Source: Eledone cirrhosa
Taxonomy: Eukaryota
Length of the DNA stretch: 64,000 nucleotides
Direction of reading: 5' to 3'
NCBI GenBank assembly: GCA_964016885.1
Contig: OZ024740.1
Location: 203,236,001-203,300,000, forward strand
The notes below the pieces were generated by a model. The model saw only the letters and a list, made by a program, of their open reading frames with translations, was not told where the DNA came from and did no database searches. A program made the translations under genes and the position numbers. Below are positions 42,363 through 55,804 of this stretch, piece after piece (position 1 is the first letter of the stretch; each line of letters begins with the position of its first letter).

Positions 42363-42821
42363 TTTATATAAACATTCATTTATTATGGTTATTGTGAGTT
42401 TTGTTACTCTAAAGTTTCAACTGCACACTCACAGGATCACCAGTCTTGTCTGGTGAGTACACAGGTGAGATTCTAGAGTAATAAGGCTTAGTCATAATAA
42501 ATGAATAATCGTCCTCATCCCCCGCTAATTAATTTGTCAGATTTTTTCAACCCCACTCCCCGATTTTTATTCCACATCCACCGCTTATTAAATTTTGCTA
42601 ATTATTGTAAGTAATATTGATACAACAGCTGGAGAATCTAATAATTATTTTATTTTACATTAAAAAACACTATATATGACAAAAGAAGAACATTACAAGA
42701 AATCCCATATTTACGAACGTACACTATACAATTACTGATTTCCCAAGCCTTCCTCCTCCCCCCATTTCCCAAGCCACCTCCTATTATTTCCACCCATTCC
42801 TATTATTTGGGATCCGACAAT

Positions 42822-43250
42822 GCCACCAAACTCTCCTCCTCTCTATGTCAATCACACAAAACTCTCTTTTAATCCCACTCTCTGTATCTACTAAAACCAA
42901 ACTCTACCCCTCCCTATATCTACTACGACACCGCCTCTCTTATGCCACTCTCTATATCTAAGACTAATACACTCTCACTCTCTATAAATATCTACACTTA
43001 TCTCTCCCAATCGCCCTCTCTATATCAATCACCCCTAAAATCTCCCTCTCTATATATCTACTACACGGAACTCTCTTTCAATCCCCCCCCCCCTCTATAT
43101 CAATTAATACCAAATTCTTCCCCTCACTATATCTACTACACTGAACTCTCTTCCAATACCCCTCTCTATATCAATAAACATCAATCTCTCCCTCTCTCTA
43201 TATCTAATACACAACACACTCCCCCCCCCCCTCTCTATATCAATTACCAC
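42822..43250. repeat. Degenerate CT-rich minisatellite (..AAACTCTCCCCTCTCTATATC..), interrupted by the LINE and resuming at 48862-48930
   Basis: Recurrent CTCTATATC units on both sides of the LINE. Confidence 0.7.
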
Positions 43251-43451
43251 TTGATATAGACGTGAATTACTTCGCCCCGGATTTTTACGGATTATTGTCA
43301 AAAAAACTGTCAGTTCATTGCTCAATTTAATAGCATTGTTTAGTTTAACCCCTTGCCTGGGCCTTCAGACGTTGAGTCAACTAATTTTCGCCCCTTTCTG
43401 GGGCTAAATTTTCATTTTCATCTCAAAACTGTGTACACTTGGTAGTCAGCA

Positions 43452-45180
43452 ATGGATGCCATTTCAACCTCGCACACTGTCGTGAGTGCCACGTTCACTG
43501 AGAAAAGTGGTGGAGGGAAGGTAGGAGTACAAAGCTTGCAGCCTTCCCCCCTCGCATTATCGAAAAACGTTGAAAATATTGAAACCACGAAACCAAACCC
43601 GGTAAATAATACCAGCACCAACAACAAGAACAATGACAATAACACCACAACCAACAACTGCAACAATAGCAACACCAAGGAAAACATGAACAATATTACC
43701 AACAGTGACAACAACAGCAGCAACAAAAAAGACAACACCAAAACAACGTTCGCACAGACTGTAAAAAAAACGAACTATACACGCCAATTGACATAACAAA
43801 TGCTAAACAAATACTACAAGACGCAAAACAATTCGTACCTTTTGGCGAAAACGGTGCTTTTAGCATCAATTCTCCACAGGAATTACGTAGAGAGGCTGTC
43901 CTGAAAACTGTGGTTTTCAGGACAATATCGAACGAAACAAGAAAACCAGCTCAATTATCACAAAATGAAATTGTACTGGTTCTAAAAGATGCAATGAAGG
44001 ACATAACCTTCATACAAAAAGGTAAACTGTTTGGTAGCATTTCGGTGCTAATGAACAACCAGTCAACAGCACAAAAATACTCGGTATCACCCATTGTGTC
44101 CCCCCGCTTCACCTTTTTCCCCACATACAGGGGGAAAAAGGACACAAAGAATAAAAATAATGAGTATCACACCAAATGTAAATATTTGGTGGATACTATG
44201 TGGAATCATTGACTTTGATGAAGACAAGATAATTTCAATAGGAAAGTCCTCCGGAGGTGTATTTGGTGGGACCACCGTAGAAGTTCTGGTGCAAATGAGC
44301 CCAGAACGAATAGCGAATATCCCACAACGCGTGCCTCTGGACGGGCTAACTTATATAAACATTTCAGTGGAGGGAAGGCGGCCGTCATGTTACCACTGTT
44401 TAAGCAGGGGTCACCTGAGGGCTGCCTGTCCTCAATTAACGAGTAAAAAAAAAAGGCTCTTCTGCCAACCCCGAACACAACAACACAACCACCACCACCA
44501 CCACCACCACCACCACCACCACAGCAACAACAACAACAACAACAAAAACCACAACAAAACCTCAAAATATACCCCTCCCCAACAACACGGAAGAGGACTC
44601 CGTATCAACGTCACCCAGTGACGACGAGGGAGAACCCTTTCAACAGGTGAAAAGGAAAAAAAAAAGGCACCACATTAACAAAAATGCTACAAACACACAA
44701 CCACCAGCACAAACAGAACAAACATCACAAACAAAAAAACCCACCCCTCCCCAAAACATAACACATACTACAAAACGCAAACACGCACAAGAACAACAAA
44801 CAAAAACAAACACAACACAACAAAAACTCTATACATACATTAACAAGAACAATAAAACTTTGATGAAAGCAATAGAAAATAACCCTTCGGTGGAAACCGA
44901 AGGGATCACTTTCACCTACGCAGCGAACAAACCGCACCTAATGATGATTAGGGTCCCAACGGAAACCTATGTAACTTTGAAAAAGAACCATCCAATGCAT
45001 GTGGGGACCAACTGCACCAAACCACTTAACCACGTCCTATTGAGATGTTTCCCCACCCCCACACCAGACACCCACACCCCACCAAACACCCTAATCCCAC
45101 CACACACTGATGTCCTCACCCCACCACAAACCACCACCCCACCAAACAACCCTTCCAACACCCCCATGGAAATTGTGTAG
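43452..45180 (+). pseudogene. LINE ORF1 (gag-like, CCHC knuckle), frameshifted
   Basis: Pieces 43452-43796, 43910-44212, 44094-44621 (VEGRRPSCYHCLSRGHLRAACP) and 44647-45180. Confidence 0.8.
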
Positions 45181-45248
45181 CCTAGTCCCCAGGAGACGAA
45201 GAGGTAAGTAATTTCCTTTCCTCTTCCTTTTAACTCTTCAGCACCAAC

Positions 45249-48200
45249 ATGGCCAATATAAGAGTTGGATGTCCTGGAAACAGGGCAAACTCTTAAATGA
45301 CCTCAGGTCGCACAGAGTGGATGTAATGGTTATTTGCTAGTCCAGGATCAGCAGCGAGCGCCAACTGGCCCCCATCTTCGACGACTTTGAGATCTACGCA
45401 ATTTCTCTGTCAGCCGAGGGGTGGGGTGGGGTTGTCGTTCTGCTGCGAAAATACCTGGGTCTTGCCACACAGAAGGTACACCTGGACCCGGAGGGTCGAC
45501 TGGTGGTTTTAGACGTCGGCAGTCGTGAAGGTGGAGCTTTCAAACTGGTGGCAGCGTATGCCCCATCTGGGACACCGCGACCGGACTTCTTCCGACGCCT
45601 GGAGAATTTCCTGGGAACGTCTCGCTCCTTGCTTTTAGTGGGGGACTGGAATGGTATCCTGGATGCACGTTGGGACTATGTAGGGGCATGTTCCGATAGA
45701 GGGGTGTAACAGCCTCAAACGATTAATCGGCCGATTTGATCTGGCCGATAGATATCGACTAGATTTTCCGACTGTGCTACTGTGGACGTGGACTAATGTT
45801 AGCGGAACATCTAGGTCGTACCTAGATAGGTTCCTAGTTAGAAATAAGGATAGGGACATATTAAGCTGTCCACGAATGTTCATGGTTGACTATTCGGATC
45901 ACAAGTTGGTGACCGGAGTGGTCAACCTTGATAGAACTCATAGACAGGGACCCGGTTACTGGAATCTAAACTTGTCTTTACCGACAAACAAAGCTTACAG
46001 TAAGCGGATTAGCACACTAGTTAAGCAGCGTTTGACGGGGGCAATTGTCAACAGCAGGTGGTGGGGCTCTCTCAAGAGAGAAATTAGAATATAATCGATA
46101 GGTTTTAGTCGGGAATTAGCATCAGATAGGAATAGAACTGAAAGGGAATTAATAAATAGAGTAGAAGGGGCGATTAGGAGTGGCAACGTGGCCGGCGTGC
46201 TGGCGTCAAGAACGGCCCTAGACCAGTTATTTGATGCGAAGCACGGGGGCTGCGTTGTCAGGAGTAAAATACGTGCTCTGAGTAACGAGGGAGCCAAAGC
46301 TGTTAGCTGGGCCCGAGTGACAGAGGCAAAAAGTGGAAACAAATCCACGATTCGGTCTTTGAAGGACCAGGATGGACGCGTGATCCTTGAACCTGAGCGG
46401 ATGAGCGCGGCCTTTCAACGGCGCTTTGCACGACTGTTCGGGGGGGGGGGGCATGGATTTCGGTCCATACCTCGACGGTCTGGCGCGGCTCTCGGACGGG
46501 GAAGCGAAGTCCTGCGAGAGGCCGATTTCAGCCGCTGAAATAGGGGAAGCGCTGAGCCAATGCGGCAAACGCAAATCTCCGGGTCTCAATGGTCTACCAT
46601 ACGAACTTTATGTAGCGATGCTGGGCTTGTTCTCCGGTCTCCTCGAGGCGTTCTACTGCAACTGGCAACAGAACTGGAGAATTTCCAGTTCTGTGACCAA
46701 GGGCGTAGTCACGCTGGTGAGGAAGGACGAGAACAATGGGGATGACATAGATAACTTCAGGCCCATAACTCTGCTAAACACAGAGTTAAAGGTTTTGGCC
46801 AAGGTGTTAGCGAAGAGGTTGGCGCTTGTCGTCGGGAACCTGGTGGGAGAGGCGCAGACATGCGCAATCCCGTCCAGGTCCATACACGACAACCTCCACC
46901 TCATGCGATACATCGTAGAGAGGGTAGGGAACGAACCCGGCTTTGGTGGAGCCTTGATCAACTTGGAACAATCTAAGGCGTTCGATAGGGTTGACCATCG
47001 GTACCTGGATGCGGTGCTCGCGGCGGCAGGCTTCGGACCCGTTTTCAGGGGCTGGATTGCTGCAATGCACAGCAGCAATACCTGCTCGAGGGTCAAGGTG
47101 AATGGCTACCTCTCGGAGCCGTTCCAAATCACGCGATCCATCCGACATGGATGCCCTCTCTCCTCCCACCTGTATGTGCTGGCTCTCGAACCACTACTGC
47201 GGAAGCTGGAACTGTTGCAGGGCATCCCCTTGGAACCGGGATTGCGGAAAGCGGTGTCGGCCTACGCCGATTACGTGACAGTAATGGTGTCGTGCGCCTC
47301 GGAAATCGGGCAGATCGGCACCTTACTGGAGGAATATGAAAGGTTCACAGGAGCCAAGCTGAACCGGGACAAGTCCGTCGGTTTGCAACTCGGGACGTGG
47401 AGGAGCAAAACGATGGACGGAGGGACCGGTGAAGCTGCTCGGGGTCTGGTTCGGACCGGACCTCCAGGTGGAGAAAAACTGAGACGAGGTAACGGGCAAG
47501 GTGTTTGCACTGGCCCAGAAGTGGGCCGAGTGCAAACTATCCCTGAAAGGTCGAGCGGAGGTGGCGAACGCTTATATAGCGTCCGTCATCTACTACCGCT
47601 TGACCGTCGTGCCTTGCCCAGAGAAAACACTCGCCAAAATGGAGCGCGCACTCTTCCGATTTCTTTGGAAGAAGCGGGCTCCTTTGGTGAGAAGATCCAT
47701 CTGCTCTCAACACCCTTCGAACGGAGGGCTGGGGATGCCGTGGCTGACGATGCGTAGACACGCATTAAGGCTACGGCACCTCCAGGTATTCCTCACCGGT
47801 CAGCCGGTGTGGGCCCTGTTTGTGAGGCGAGCCTTTCCGAGACTCGTCTCACTCACCGAGCTGCAATCCTGGGTCAAGCAAAGACCGAGAAAAGTGGGCG
47901 ACTGGCACATTGAATGTGCCCAGGCGCTCACGGCCCTCTGGCAAGCGGATCCGGCAATCAGTGGAGACTCAACCTCAACATTCTATAGAGGGTTGGTGTG
48001 CGCAGTAAGTGCGACGACGCTCTCGGAGAGGCTCTGGGCATGGAGGGAGATGAGCTGGCCAGTCTGTTCGGTAGGACATTTGGCTCGGGATCGATGGACA
48101 ACTTCCAAAAGTCCCTGGCTTGGCAATGTTACCGAGGAGCTCTACCCGTTCGGGACAAGCTCTACAGACACGGGCGCCCGGGTAGGGACCCCTCGAAGAA

Positions 48201-48620
48201 GATCTGTCCGAGATGCGTGCGTGACGAGGAAACCGTCGCACACGCATTCGTACACTGCCCGGGCGTTGCTGACCTGTGAGGCTATGTGGAACGACTACTG
48301 TCGCGGGTGGGACCAATCCGGTTGACCACCGAGAACATTGTCACCATCAAACCGCCTCCCCCTTTCAAAAATGAAGGAGAGGCGGTTTTCCTCTGTGTGA
48401 TAGCTATGGCGAAAGAAGTTGTATGGTGGACAAGGTTGAAAGGGCTGAGGTCAGACACCTATCTCTCCGGCCAACAACTGGTCTTTTTTTTCAAGTACCA
48501 CTTTAGAAGAAGGATCAGAATGGAGAGAGAGGTGCTCTACCCCAGCAAGTTTTATGAAAGGGGGTGAAAGTAGCTAGAATGGCCCGAGTGAATGGGCCTT
48601 CTCTCTATATCAGCCTGTAG
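45249..48620 (+). pseudogene. LINE ORF2 (APE endonuclease, RT, C-terminal Zn finger), disrupted
   Basis: LVGDWNGILD, SYLDRFLV, SDHKLV, KSPGLNGLPYE, NFRPITLLN, KAFDRVDH, RHGCPLS, AYADYV, GGLGMP, CPRC..ETVAHAFVHCP; in-frame stops, frameshifts and YADD>YADY. Confidence 0.93.
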
Positions 48621-49065
48621 GTGAGAGAGGAGAAGAATGAGAAGAGGAAGGAAGCACCCGCTCTTTGTGCTCCTGAAGAGGAGGGTTGCACATTTTTTCG
48701 GGGGTGTGTGCGACCCATGTCAACGCCCCTCCCTATTGAGGACATCAATTGTTAAATTTAATTTGTTATATGTTTTTTGCACGTCTTTTTAAATGTATGT
48801 AAACTCCCCCCTTTGTATTTGTCCCAATCTTTGATGCCCTGGTGGCAAATAAATAGAAATTTATATCAATTACCACCAAACTCTCCCCCTCTCTATATTT
48901 ATATCTATCTCTCCCATCTGTCTCTACATAACATACATAAATTGTAGGGCATATACAAATAGATGTGCGTTTTGGGTATTTTGGGGAGAAAATGTAATTA
49001 TTGGGGGGACCATAGGGTCCCCTAACCACCACCCACCCCCTCTTTCCGCCGCCCCTGTACATATC

Positions 49066-49100
<35 letters not shown>

Positions 49101-49101
49101 T

Positions 49102-49181
<80 letters not shown>

Positions 49182-49384
49182 TCTCAGTTTTTAGTGAGAG
49201 AGAGACGTTGAAAGGGACATATATGTACAAAAAAACAGAAAAGTTTTAGTTAGTTAGTGAGAGAGGGAGGAGTATTGAGTGAAAGGTGTAGCGTTTCCCT
49301 TTCTGTGTATAGATAGAATGACGAACGGTCAGTACCCGGGTGCTAGAAATAGCAGTAAATTCACCCCCAATTCCTACCTCATCC

Positions 49385-49850
49385 ATAGTTTCCAGTTCTT
49401 CGAAACTCTGAGCTCCTTGAAGGCAACCTGAATTGGTATGATTCTGAGCTCTTATTTCTGTTGCTTGGGCGTAGTCTACAATATAAAGCCGAACATATTG
49501 TCTCTATTCGCCTTCATTTGGATGAAGTTCTGTGGTAAATTTGTCCATGTACACGAAAACAAAATGGCCCTCTTCCTGTTGGATTCTGCACTTGAACACC
49601 AATCGAAGCGATCGATATTGATGACTTGTATGACCGAATGTTTTCTTTGAAATTCCTGTAATGTGGACGATTTTGATCACGTAGCAATGAAACTAAATAT
49701 GGTGAAAAAAACTGATAGGACATAAAATTTTGCCTTTGTGAACAATTATTAAAACGTCCATGTGAGGGTATCTCTGCAGAAAACTGTTTTCCTGGGTAAA
49801 ATTAGCAAATGGAGTCCATATTTCTACAGTCGTAAATGTCAACTCTGTTT
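49385..49850 (-). pseudogene. Helitron RepHel fragment (N-terminal region joined to a downstream segment)
   Basis: NFKENIRSYKSSISIASIG..GRGPFCFRVHGQIYH, then LYIVD..A and GAQSFEELET. Confidence 0.8.
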
Positions 49851-49882
49851 TCTAAATATGTTTCATTATTGGCTATGAAAAA

Positions 49883-50072
49883 GGCGGTGAATTGGCAGTA
49901 TCGGTAGAGGGTTGGACGCCATGCTTTCTAGCATAGTTACGTCCCTTTACGGTTTGAGTTCAAATCCCGCTGAGGTTAACTTTGCCTTTCATCCTTACGG
50001 GGTCGATAAAATAAAGTACCAGTAATGTACTGGGTAATTGCTGGCCTTGTGCCTAAAGTAGAAACAATTATT
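49883..50072 (+). mobile_element. Young short-tailed SINE with 12-bp TSD
   Basis: ATTATTGGCTAT at 49865-49876 and 50067-50078; A/B boxes. Confidence 0.9.
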
Positions 50073-50189
50073 GGCTATAAAACCTGCATCATTTACACGT
50101 ACAGCTCTCATTGCATTGGCATTCCTTTGCGGTCTTTAAATCGTCTCTTCTGTCTCGTTTTGATATTGCTGTTCATCTCTCTCTCTCTA

Positions 50190-50241
<52 letters not shown>

Positions 50242-50739
50242 ATATTCTGTCTACGGACTATTGTTTCTTCTGTTTCGTGTGCAATCCTTTGTGAAACTCT
50301 TTCTCTCATATCTTCTCTCCTTGCTGACGTTTGTCCTTCTGTTTCATTTATGAGCCTCTGTGTTTGTGTTTATGTCTGTATGTATGAATATATACGTATG
50401 TGTGTATTTTTGTATGTATATGTGTGTATGTATGTATGTGTGTGTGTGCCCGTGTGTGTGTATGTATAAATATACAAATACATGTGTGCGTGTAAACGTG
50501 CGTGTTGAAACACAAATAATGCTAAACTTCCCAGACACCCGACCGTCGTAATTCGTAAAAATCAGCTTCAGCTGGACGACGGTAAAAAAGCTAAGTTTAG
50601 ACAGTTTCCTCCGTCTACAATACAGTGACAGTTGTACATGGTCATCGATACCTCAGTTGCCCTCCGATCCCGGACTGCCATTTTCCTCCGCCAAATTGGG
50701 AGATGGACATCACATCTGAGGAAGGAATCTAGTGGGGTA

Positions 50740-50945
50740 GAATAGCTGTGCTCTTATCATCTGGACCGGTTTCGGTAATGAGTGCTCCAGTTGTTCGATC
50801 AATGGAACAGCCATCTCGTTAAATAAACGTGCTGATAGCTGAGTATTCCACAACCATATCTACGTTTAACGTGATTCTCGTGGAGATACAGCGTGAGACA
50901 GCATTTGACAATGTTGGCCCTTTGAATTGCAACTGCAGTCCATTT
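50740..50945 (+). mobile_element. Ceph-domain-like SINE body (diverged relative ~54690-54830)
   Basis: GGAACAGCC..AACGTG..GCTGAGTATTCCACA..CAGCGTGA..GGCCCTTTGAA motif string, recalled from cephalopod SINEs. Confidence 0.55.
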
Positions 50946-51029
50946 TGTATTATATTGTAGGGTGGATTGATAGTATCGGTAGAGCGACGTAGAGTTACGC
51001 CCCTTTACGTTCTGAGTTCAAATCCCGTC

Positions 51030-51795
51030 ACTTGAGTCCATCGAACGACTTTCGTTCCTTCCTAGAGCATACGCTCTAGCTCTGACAACGTTGCCTTCCT
51101 GCTTAGCATTCAAGAATTGGTCGAGAGCCAATCTTGCTGCAAGTAAGCCGGTCACGATGCCTTTTCTAAGTTCCTCTTCTAGCTATCTAACTAGCTCGCT
51201 TTCTAATCTGTTTCTTTATCGCGACAATTTACTAAACTTTATCGATTCTACTCTAATCGCCCTTTTCAGAGCGAACCACTATTTGTTGTTGATGATTGCC
51301 CCCGTCAATGCCCGCTTAGTTAATAAACTAATCCGGGTATCTATAATCTTTACGCGCCGGTAAGGACGCATTCAGCTTCCAGTAACCGGGGCCCTGTCTA
51401 TAAAGCCTATCTATATCAACTGTACAAATTACAGATTTATGGTTTGTGTAGTCGACTACTTTGAATTGTAGAAAACCTATACTAGCCTTATATACTTCCC
51501 GACAGAATATTCTGTTTATATACGATCTGAATCGCCCGATGTGGTTTTATCAAGTCCGCATTGGCACATTCGGAAAATCCAGTCGGTACCTGTCAGACAG
51601 TTGGAAACGTCTGAGCAGGTTTGTGAGGCTTTGACACCCTCTTCCTCTATTTGCTGGTCCCACACAGTCCTAGCATGCATCTAAGATACCGTTCCAGTCG
51701 CCCACTAATACTTAAGAGCGATACTAATACTTGATAGAAAGGTATCCAGGCTCCTGAAGAAATCAGGTCATCCTACTCCTGTCGGGGCATAGACA
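51030..51795 (-). pseudogene. Second L1/Tx1 ORF2 fragment (APE/tower region)
   Basis: Reverse complement parallels 45545-46330 (YAP, GDWNGILD, QGPGYWKLN). Confidence 0.8.
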
Positions 51796-52090
51796 AATAG
51801 GAATGATAAAAAAGGAGAAAATATTTTGGAATAGCATACCTGGAAAGCCATCTCTACAAGAGATACAGAAAATAGTGCTAACTGGTACTGCCCATGTCCT
51901 GAGAAGAGCATTATCAATTTAAAAACCTTGCAAAGACATTTACTGTTGTTTGTTCCCTTATTGTATCATTTGTATGACAATTGATTGTAAAATGTGCGTA
52001 TTATCAAATTTTGTCTCAGGTGTCAAGTTGACACTCAGCATGATTTGAAAAAGAAGCAGAATTCAAAGGAAGTTTCAAATAATAATAATG
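51796..52090 (+). mobile_element. R4/Dong 3'-terminal fragment ending in (TAA)n
   Basis: IPGKPSLQEIQKIVLTGTAHVLRRALSI*, then UTR and AATAATAATAAT. Confidence 0.75.
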
Positions 52091-52298
52091 ATTTCTACTT
52101 TAGGCACAAGGCCAGCAATTTGAGGGGAGGGTAAAGTCGATTAAATTGACCCCAGTGCATTACGGATTCTTTATTTCATTGACTCCGTAAGGATGAAAGG
52201 CAAAGCTAACCTCGGCGGGATTTGAACTCAGAACGTAAAGGGCCGTATCTCTATGCCGCAAAGCATATTGTCCGTCGCTCTACCGATATTGCCAATCG
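52090..52298 (-). mobile_element. Short-tailed SINE copy
   Basis: Head, core and CCTTGTGCCTAAAGTAGAAA tail. Confidence 0.85.
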
Positions 52299-52393
52299 AT
52301 AATAATAATTTAAACTATAATAAAGTAAGGAGTGCGTACGGTTTATTTCTTTTAAGCCAGTTAGTAAAATAAGTTGGATTACTTTGAATAAAT

Positions 52394-52583
52394 AATTGTT
52401 TCTACTTTAGGCACAAGGCCAGCAATTATCCCAGTGTATTACTGGTACTTTATTTTATCGACCCCGTAAGGATGAAAGGCAAAGTTAACCTCGGCGGGAT
52501 TTGAACTCAGAATGGCAAGGGCCGTAACTCTATACGTCAAAGCATGGCGTCCAACCCTCTACCGATACTGCCAATCCACCGCC
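52394..52583 (-). mobile_element. Young short-tailed SINE with 12-bp TSD
   Basis: CTTTGAATAAAT at 52382-52393 and 52584-52595. Confidence 0.9.
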
Positions 52584-53009
52584 CTTTGAATAAATTAAAT
52601 TTAATATAAATATTAATATAAATAATTTTATTGCTTATTTAAAATTGACTTCTATTCAAAGTTTCAAATTTTTACACTTCCGGTATATCGCCGCCGCCAC
52701 CACCACTTCAATTACCATATACATAGAAAGAGAGAGTGTGTGATGAGAGTGATACAGATAGAGTGATTATGATTTTCTACACGCTGACGCGTATCTATGT
52801 GTATGTGCACATACATACAACGGTATGTATGAATATATAACTATTATGAGTATATAACTATAATCGCGCAAACACAAACTTAGAAAAATACACGCTCACG
52901 GACACACAAACACATACATACATTCACACATATACATTTACACAAACACACATACAGTCATCATAGCAGTGTTCGGTGAATTGGAAATGGGAGGGTAAAA
53001 CAAGTATAA

Positions 53010-53410
53010 CGTTTTATTTATTTATTAACTCTTTTTTTTAAAGTCATTTAATATAATGGTTACAGAACGAAAATACTAACAAATAGAATATATACAAACG
53101 AAAGGGAAAGGAGGAAAAAAGAAAGAGAAAAAATACACAAGCACGTAACACACACATCTAAGACCACATAGGCTGGATAATGTAGTTAGCTGACAGAACA
53201 CGGTATTTTAGGATTTTGTTCCGTTCAGCTGCGGATGCTGTAGCTCTCGCCCTTACCGCTGCATCCAGGATATGGGAAGAAGCAAAAGAGTCACTAACTG
53301 TTATGTCCCAGGTAAGGCACCTGCCTCTTGACCAGCAATTCTGGATAACCCAGATGGTTCCAAAATTGAGGGGATGTTTGCCCGGGCCAAAGCTCTTGAG
53401 TGGTAATAGG
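53010..53410 (-). mobile_element. Probable 3' end of another L1/Tx1-like LINE
   Basis: GC-richer ORF end (..IWVIQN..), T-rich UTR and AATAAA repeats on the minus strand. Confidence 0.4.
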
Positions 53411-53559
53411 ATAGTGTGTGTATGTGCACGCGCGTGAGTTTGTCGGCGTTCTTAAATTAGAGACACGTGTGTGTGTCACTGTTTTTAAGTTAGACATATA
53501 TATGTGTGTATCCCTTTCCTTCCTTTTACACACACATATATTCACACAAACACACACAC

Positions 53560-54240
53560 ATTGCGTGATGGACAGGTGGACAGAAGTCTCTCAAATTTAT
53601 ATACATGTGAATGGAGTTCTACTGAAGCAGAGAAGTTCAAGTATCTTGGAGCCGTGTTCATGAATTATGGAATGCAGGAGGCTGAATTAAGTGCAAGAAT
53701 TGCAAAAGCTGATGCAGTAATGTGCCAGCCTCAGCATTCAGCAATCAGATGAAAGAGGTAGGTGTAAAAGCCAAACTCGCTGTCTTCCTGGTATTCCTGC
53801 CAACTCTTACCGAGGATCATGAATCTTGAGTAATGACCAAAAGAATACAATTGCAAATAAAAGTGGCAGAAATGGGATTCCTCCGAAGGATCTTTGGAGT
53901 AACGTTACCCGATAAAGTGCATAACTCAGAGACCAGAGAGTCACTCCTGGTACAGCCGCTACTTCTCCGAATTGAGAGATCACAACTCCGATATTATGAG
54001 CATGTGGCTAGAATGTCTCAGTAAAGAATCGCTGGACACATTTTACAGGCAAAACCAACCGGCAAGAGACCCAGAGGTAGACCCTGAGCAAGATAGTTGG
54101 ATAACATCCATGAGCTTGGCTGGTCACGCTATGGGATCCAGCTGTGTCAGTTAGAGATGTTTGCTACTGACAGACGCACTGGAAGGTGTGTTTGAGAAGG
54201 ACTCTGCCCCCACGACCCCACGAGTGGGTGAAGAAGAAGA
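53560..54240 (+). mobile_element. RTE-clade LINE 3' fragment, same family as 39935
   Basis: EKFKYLG..ARIAKA..AEMGFLRRIFGVT..IERSQLRYY; (GAA)n tail. Confidence 0.9.
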
Positions 54241-54997
54241 TATTGTCAATAAACTTTTCAATTTACATATATATATATGCATATATATTTGCGTATAATA
54301 CCAATCCGCACACTACAGAAAACTAGCAGAAAACCGCCCGAATGGCGGTTTCTGCTAGTAATAATAACAATGATAATGATAATAATGGTTTCTGCTTTAG
54401 GCACAAGGCCAACAATTTGGTGGAAAAGGGAAAGTCGATTAAATCGACCCTAGTACATTACTGGTTCTTTATAATAATTATTGTTATTATTTGTTTTTGT
54501 CGTCGTGATCTACACATTCGAAAATGTATCTCTGAAAAATGTCATTAAAAAATATGCATTATTAAGAAAGTTGTGAAGAGACAGAGTCATTAGGTAGGTA
54601 CTAAATTCTAATTGTGTCATATATATTACTGATATTTAATTATAAAAGTGTCACATTATATTAGACATCGCTTTATGTGTATTGGACCTCAGTCGGTTCC
54701 GACGATTAGTATTCCACTTATTTGATAAACGGAGTAGCTTGCTTGTGGCATTGATGTGCAAATGATTTACAGTCCACAGGAATGTGAACCGTTAATGCAA
54801 TTTTCAGGGAGATTCAGCATGTGGCCCTTGCTACGACATGGACTCGAGAAACATGAAATAAAGTATAAAGATAGCTTATAAAATAGGGTGAACACCCTTA
54901 GAGGACGGAAAAAGAAGTTACCATCGGCCGCGTCTTGTTCAAGGACAGAATGCGCCGCCGAGAATAGAACTTATGACTACTAAACCATGCGCACTCG

Positions 54998-55175
54998 TGG
55001 CATAGAGTTATGGCCCTTTACGTTTTGAGTTCAAATCCCGCTGAGGTTAACTTTGCCTTTCATCCTTACGGGGTCGATAAAATAAAGTACCAGTCACGCA
55101 CTGTGGTCGATTTAATCGACACCTCCCCCCCCCCACACACACACACACACCAAAAATTGCTGGCCTTATGCATAA
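54998..55175 (+). mobile_element. Short-tailed SINE copy (others at 50958-51030, 54388-54467, 55255-55400, 56808-56948)
   Basis: B-box and core. Confidence 0.8.
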
Positions 55176-55804
55176 ATCATACACCATTAGACAGGAATCT
55201 GTTTCTAATCAAATCATAAGGGAGATAACTCAGAACAAATTATTTTTCAACTTTTACGATTTTTGACTGTAGTCAATAATAGCCGAGAGAGATAAGCACC
55301 ATCTTACCGTTGATATATTGAACTCAGCGAGCAGAGAGTCAGAATGAATACCATAAAGCATTCTATCTGAAGTTCTAACGGCTCTGCCAATTCACCGCCT
55401 TGCTTGTTTATTACCAATCAATAAAATACTGGAGAAGGGGGTCAATGTAACCGATCATCCCATAATAAGCAGTGCTCCAGCATGGCAACAGTTCATTAAC
55501 TTAAGTCAGTAAAATTACAGAAAAAGTAATATGTGAAAGATAAGTTAGTGTGGTGGTACTTATTCTTCTCCAGCGAGAAATAAGTTATTGAGAGTTATCT
55601 CCCTTACAACATATATAATTTGAATAGAAATAGATTGACTCCACCCCACCTTACCCTACCCTGCGAGTTTGTCTCCTCATAACTTTCTTAATTATGCATA
55701 TTTTCTTTTTCTTTTTTTTTTTTCAGAGATACGTTTTCAAATGTGTAGATAGCAATTATGTTGATCATTTTTTATTATTATTATTATTATTATTATTGTT
55801 GTTA

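Larger units (their letters stand above)
43251..48861 (+). mobile_element. Full-length L1/Tx1-clade LINE (~5.6 kb), inactivated, with 15-bp TSD
   Basis: TSD TATATCAATTACCAC at 43236-43250 and 48862-48876; two ORFs; AATAAA at 3' end. Confidence 0.93.

Noticed and set aside
49883-49975. tRNA genes suggested by A/B boxes
   Set aside because: No cloverleaf; they continue into SINE core and tail
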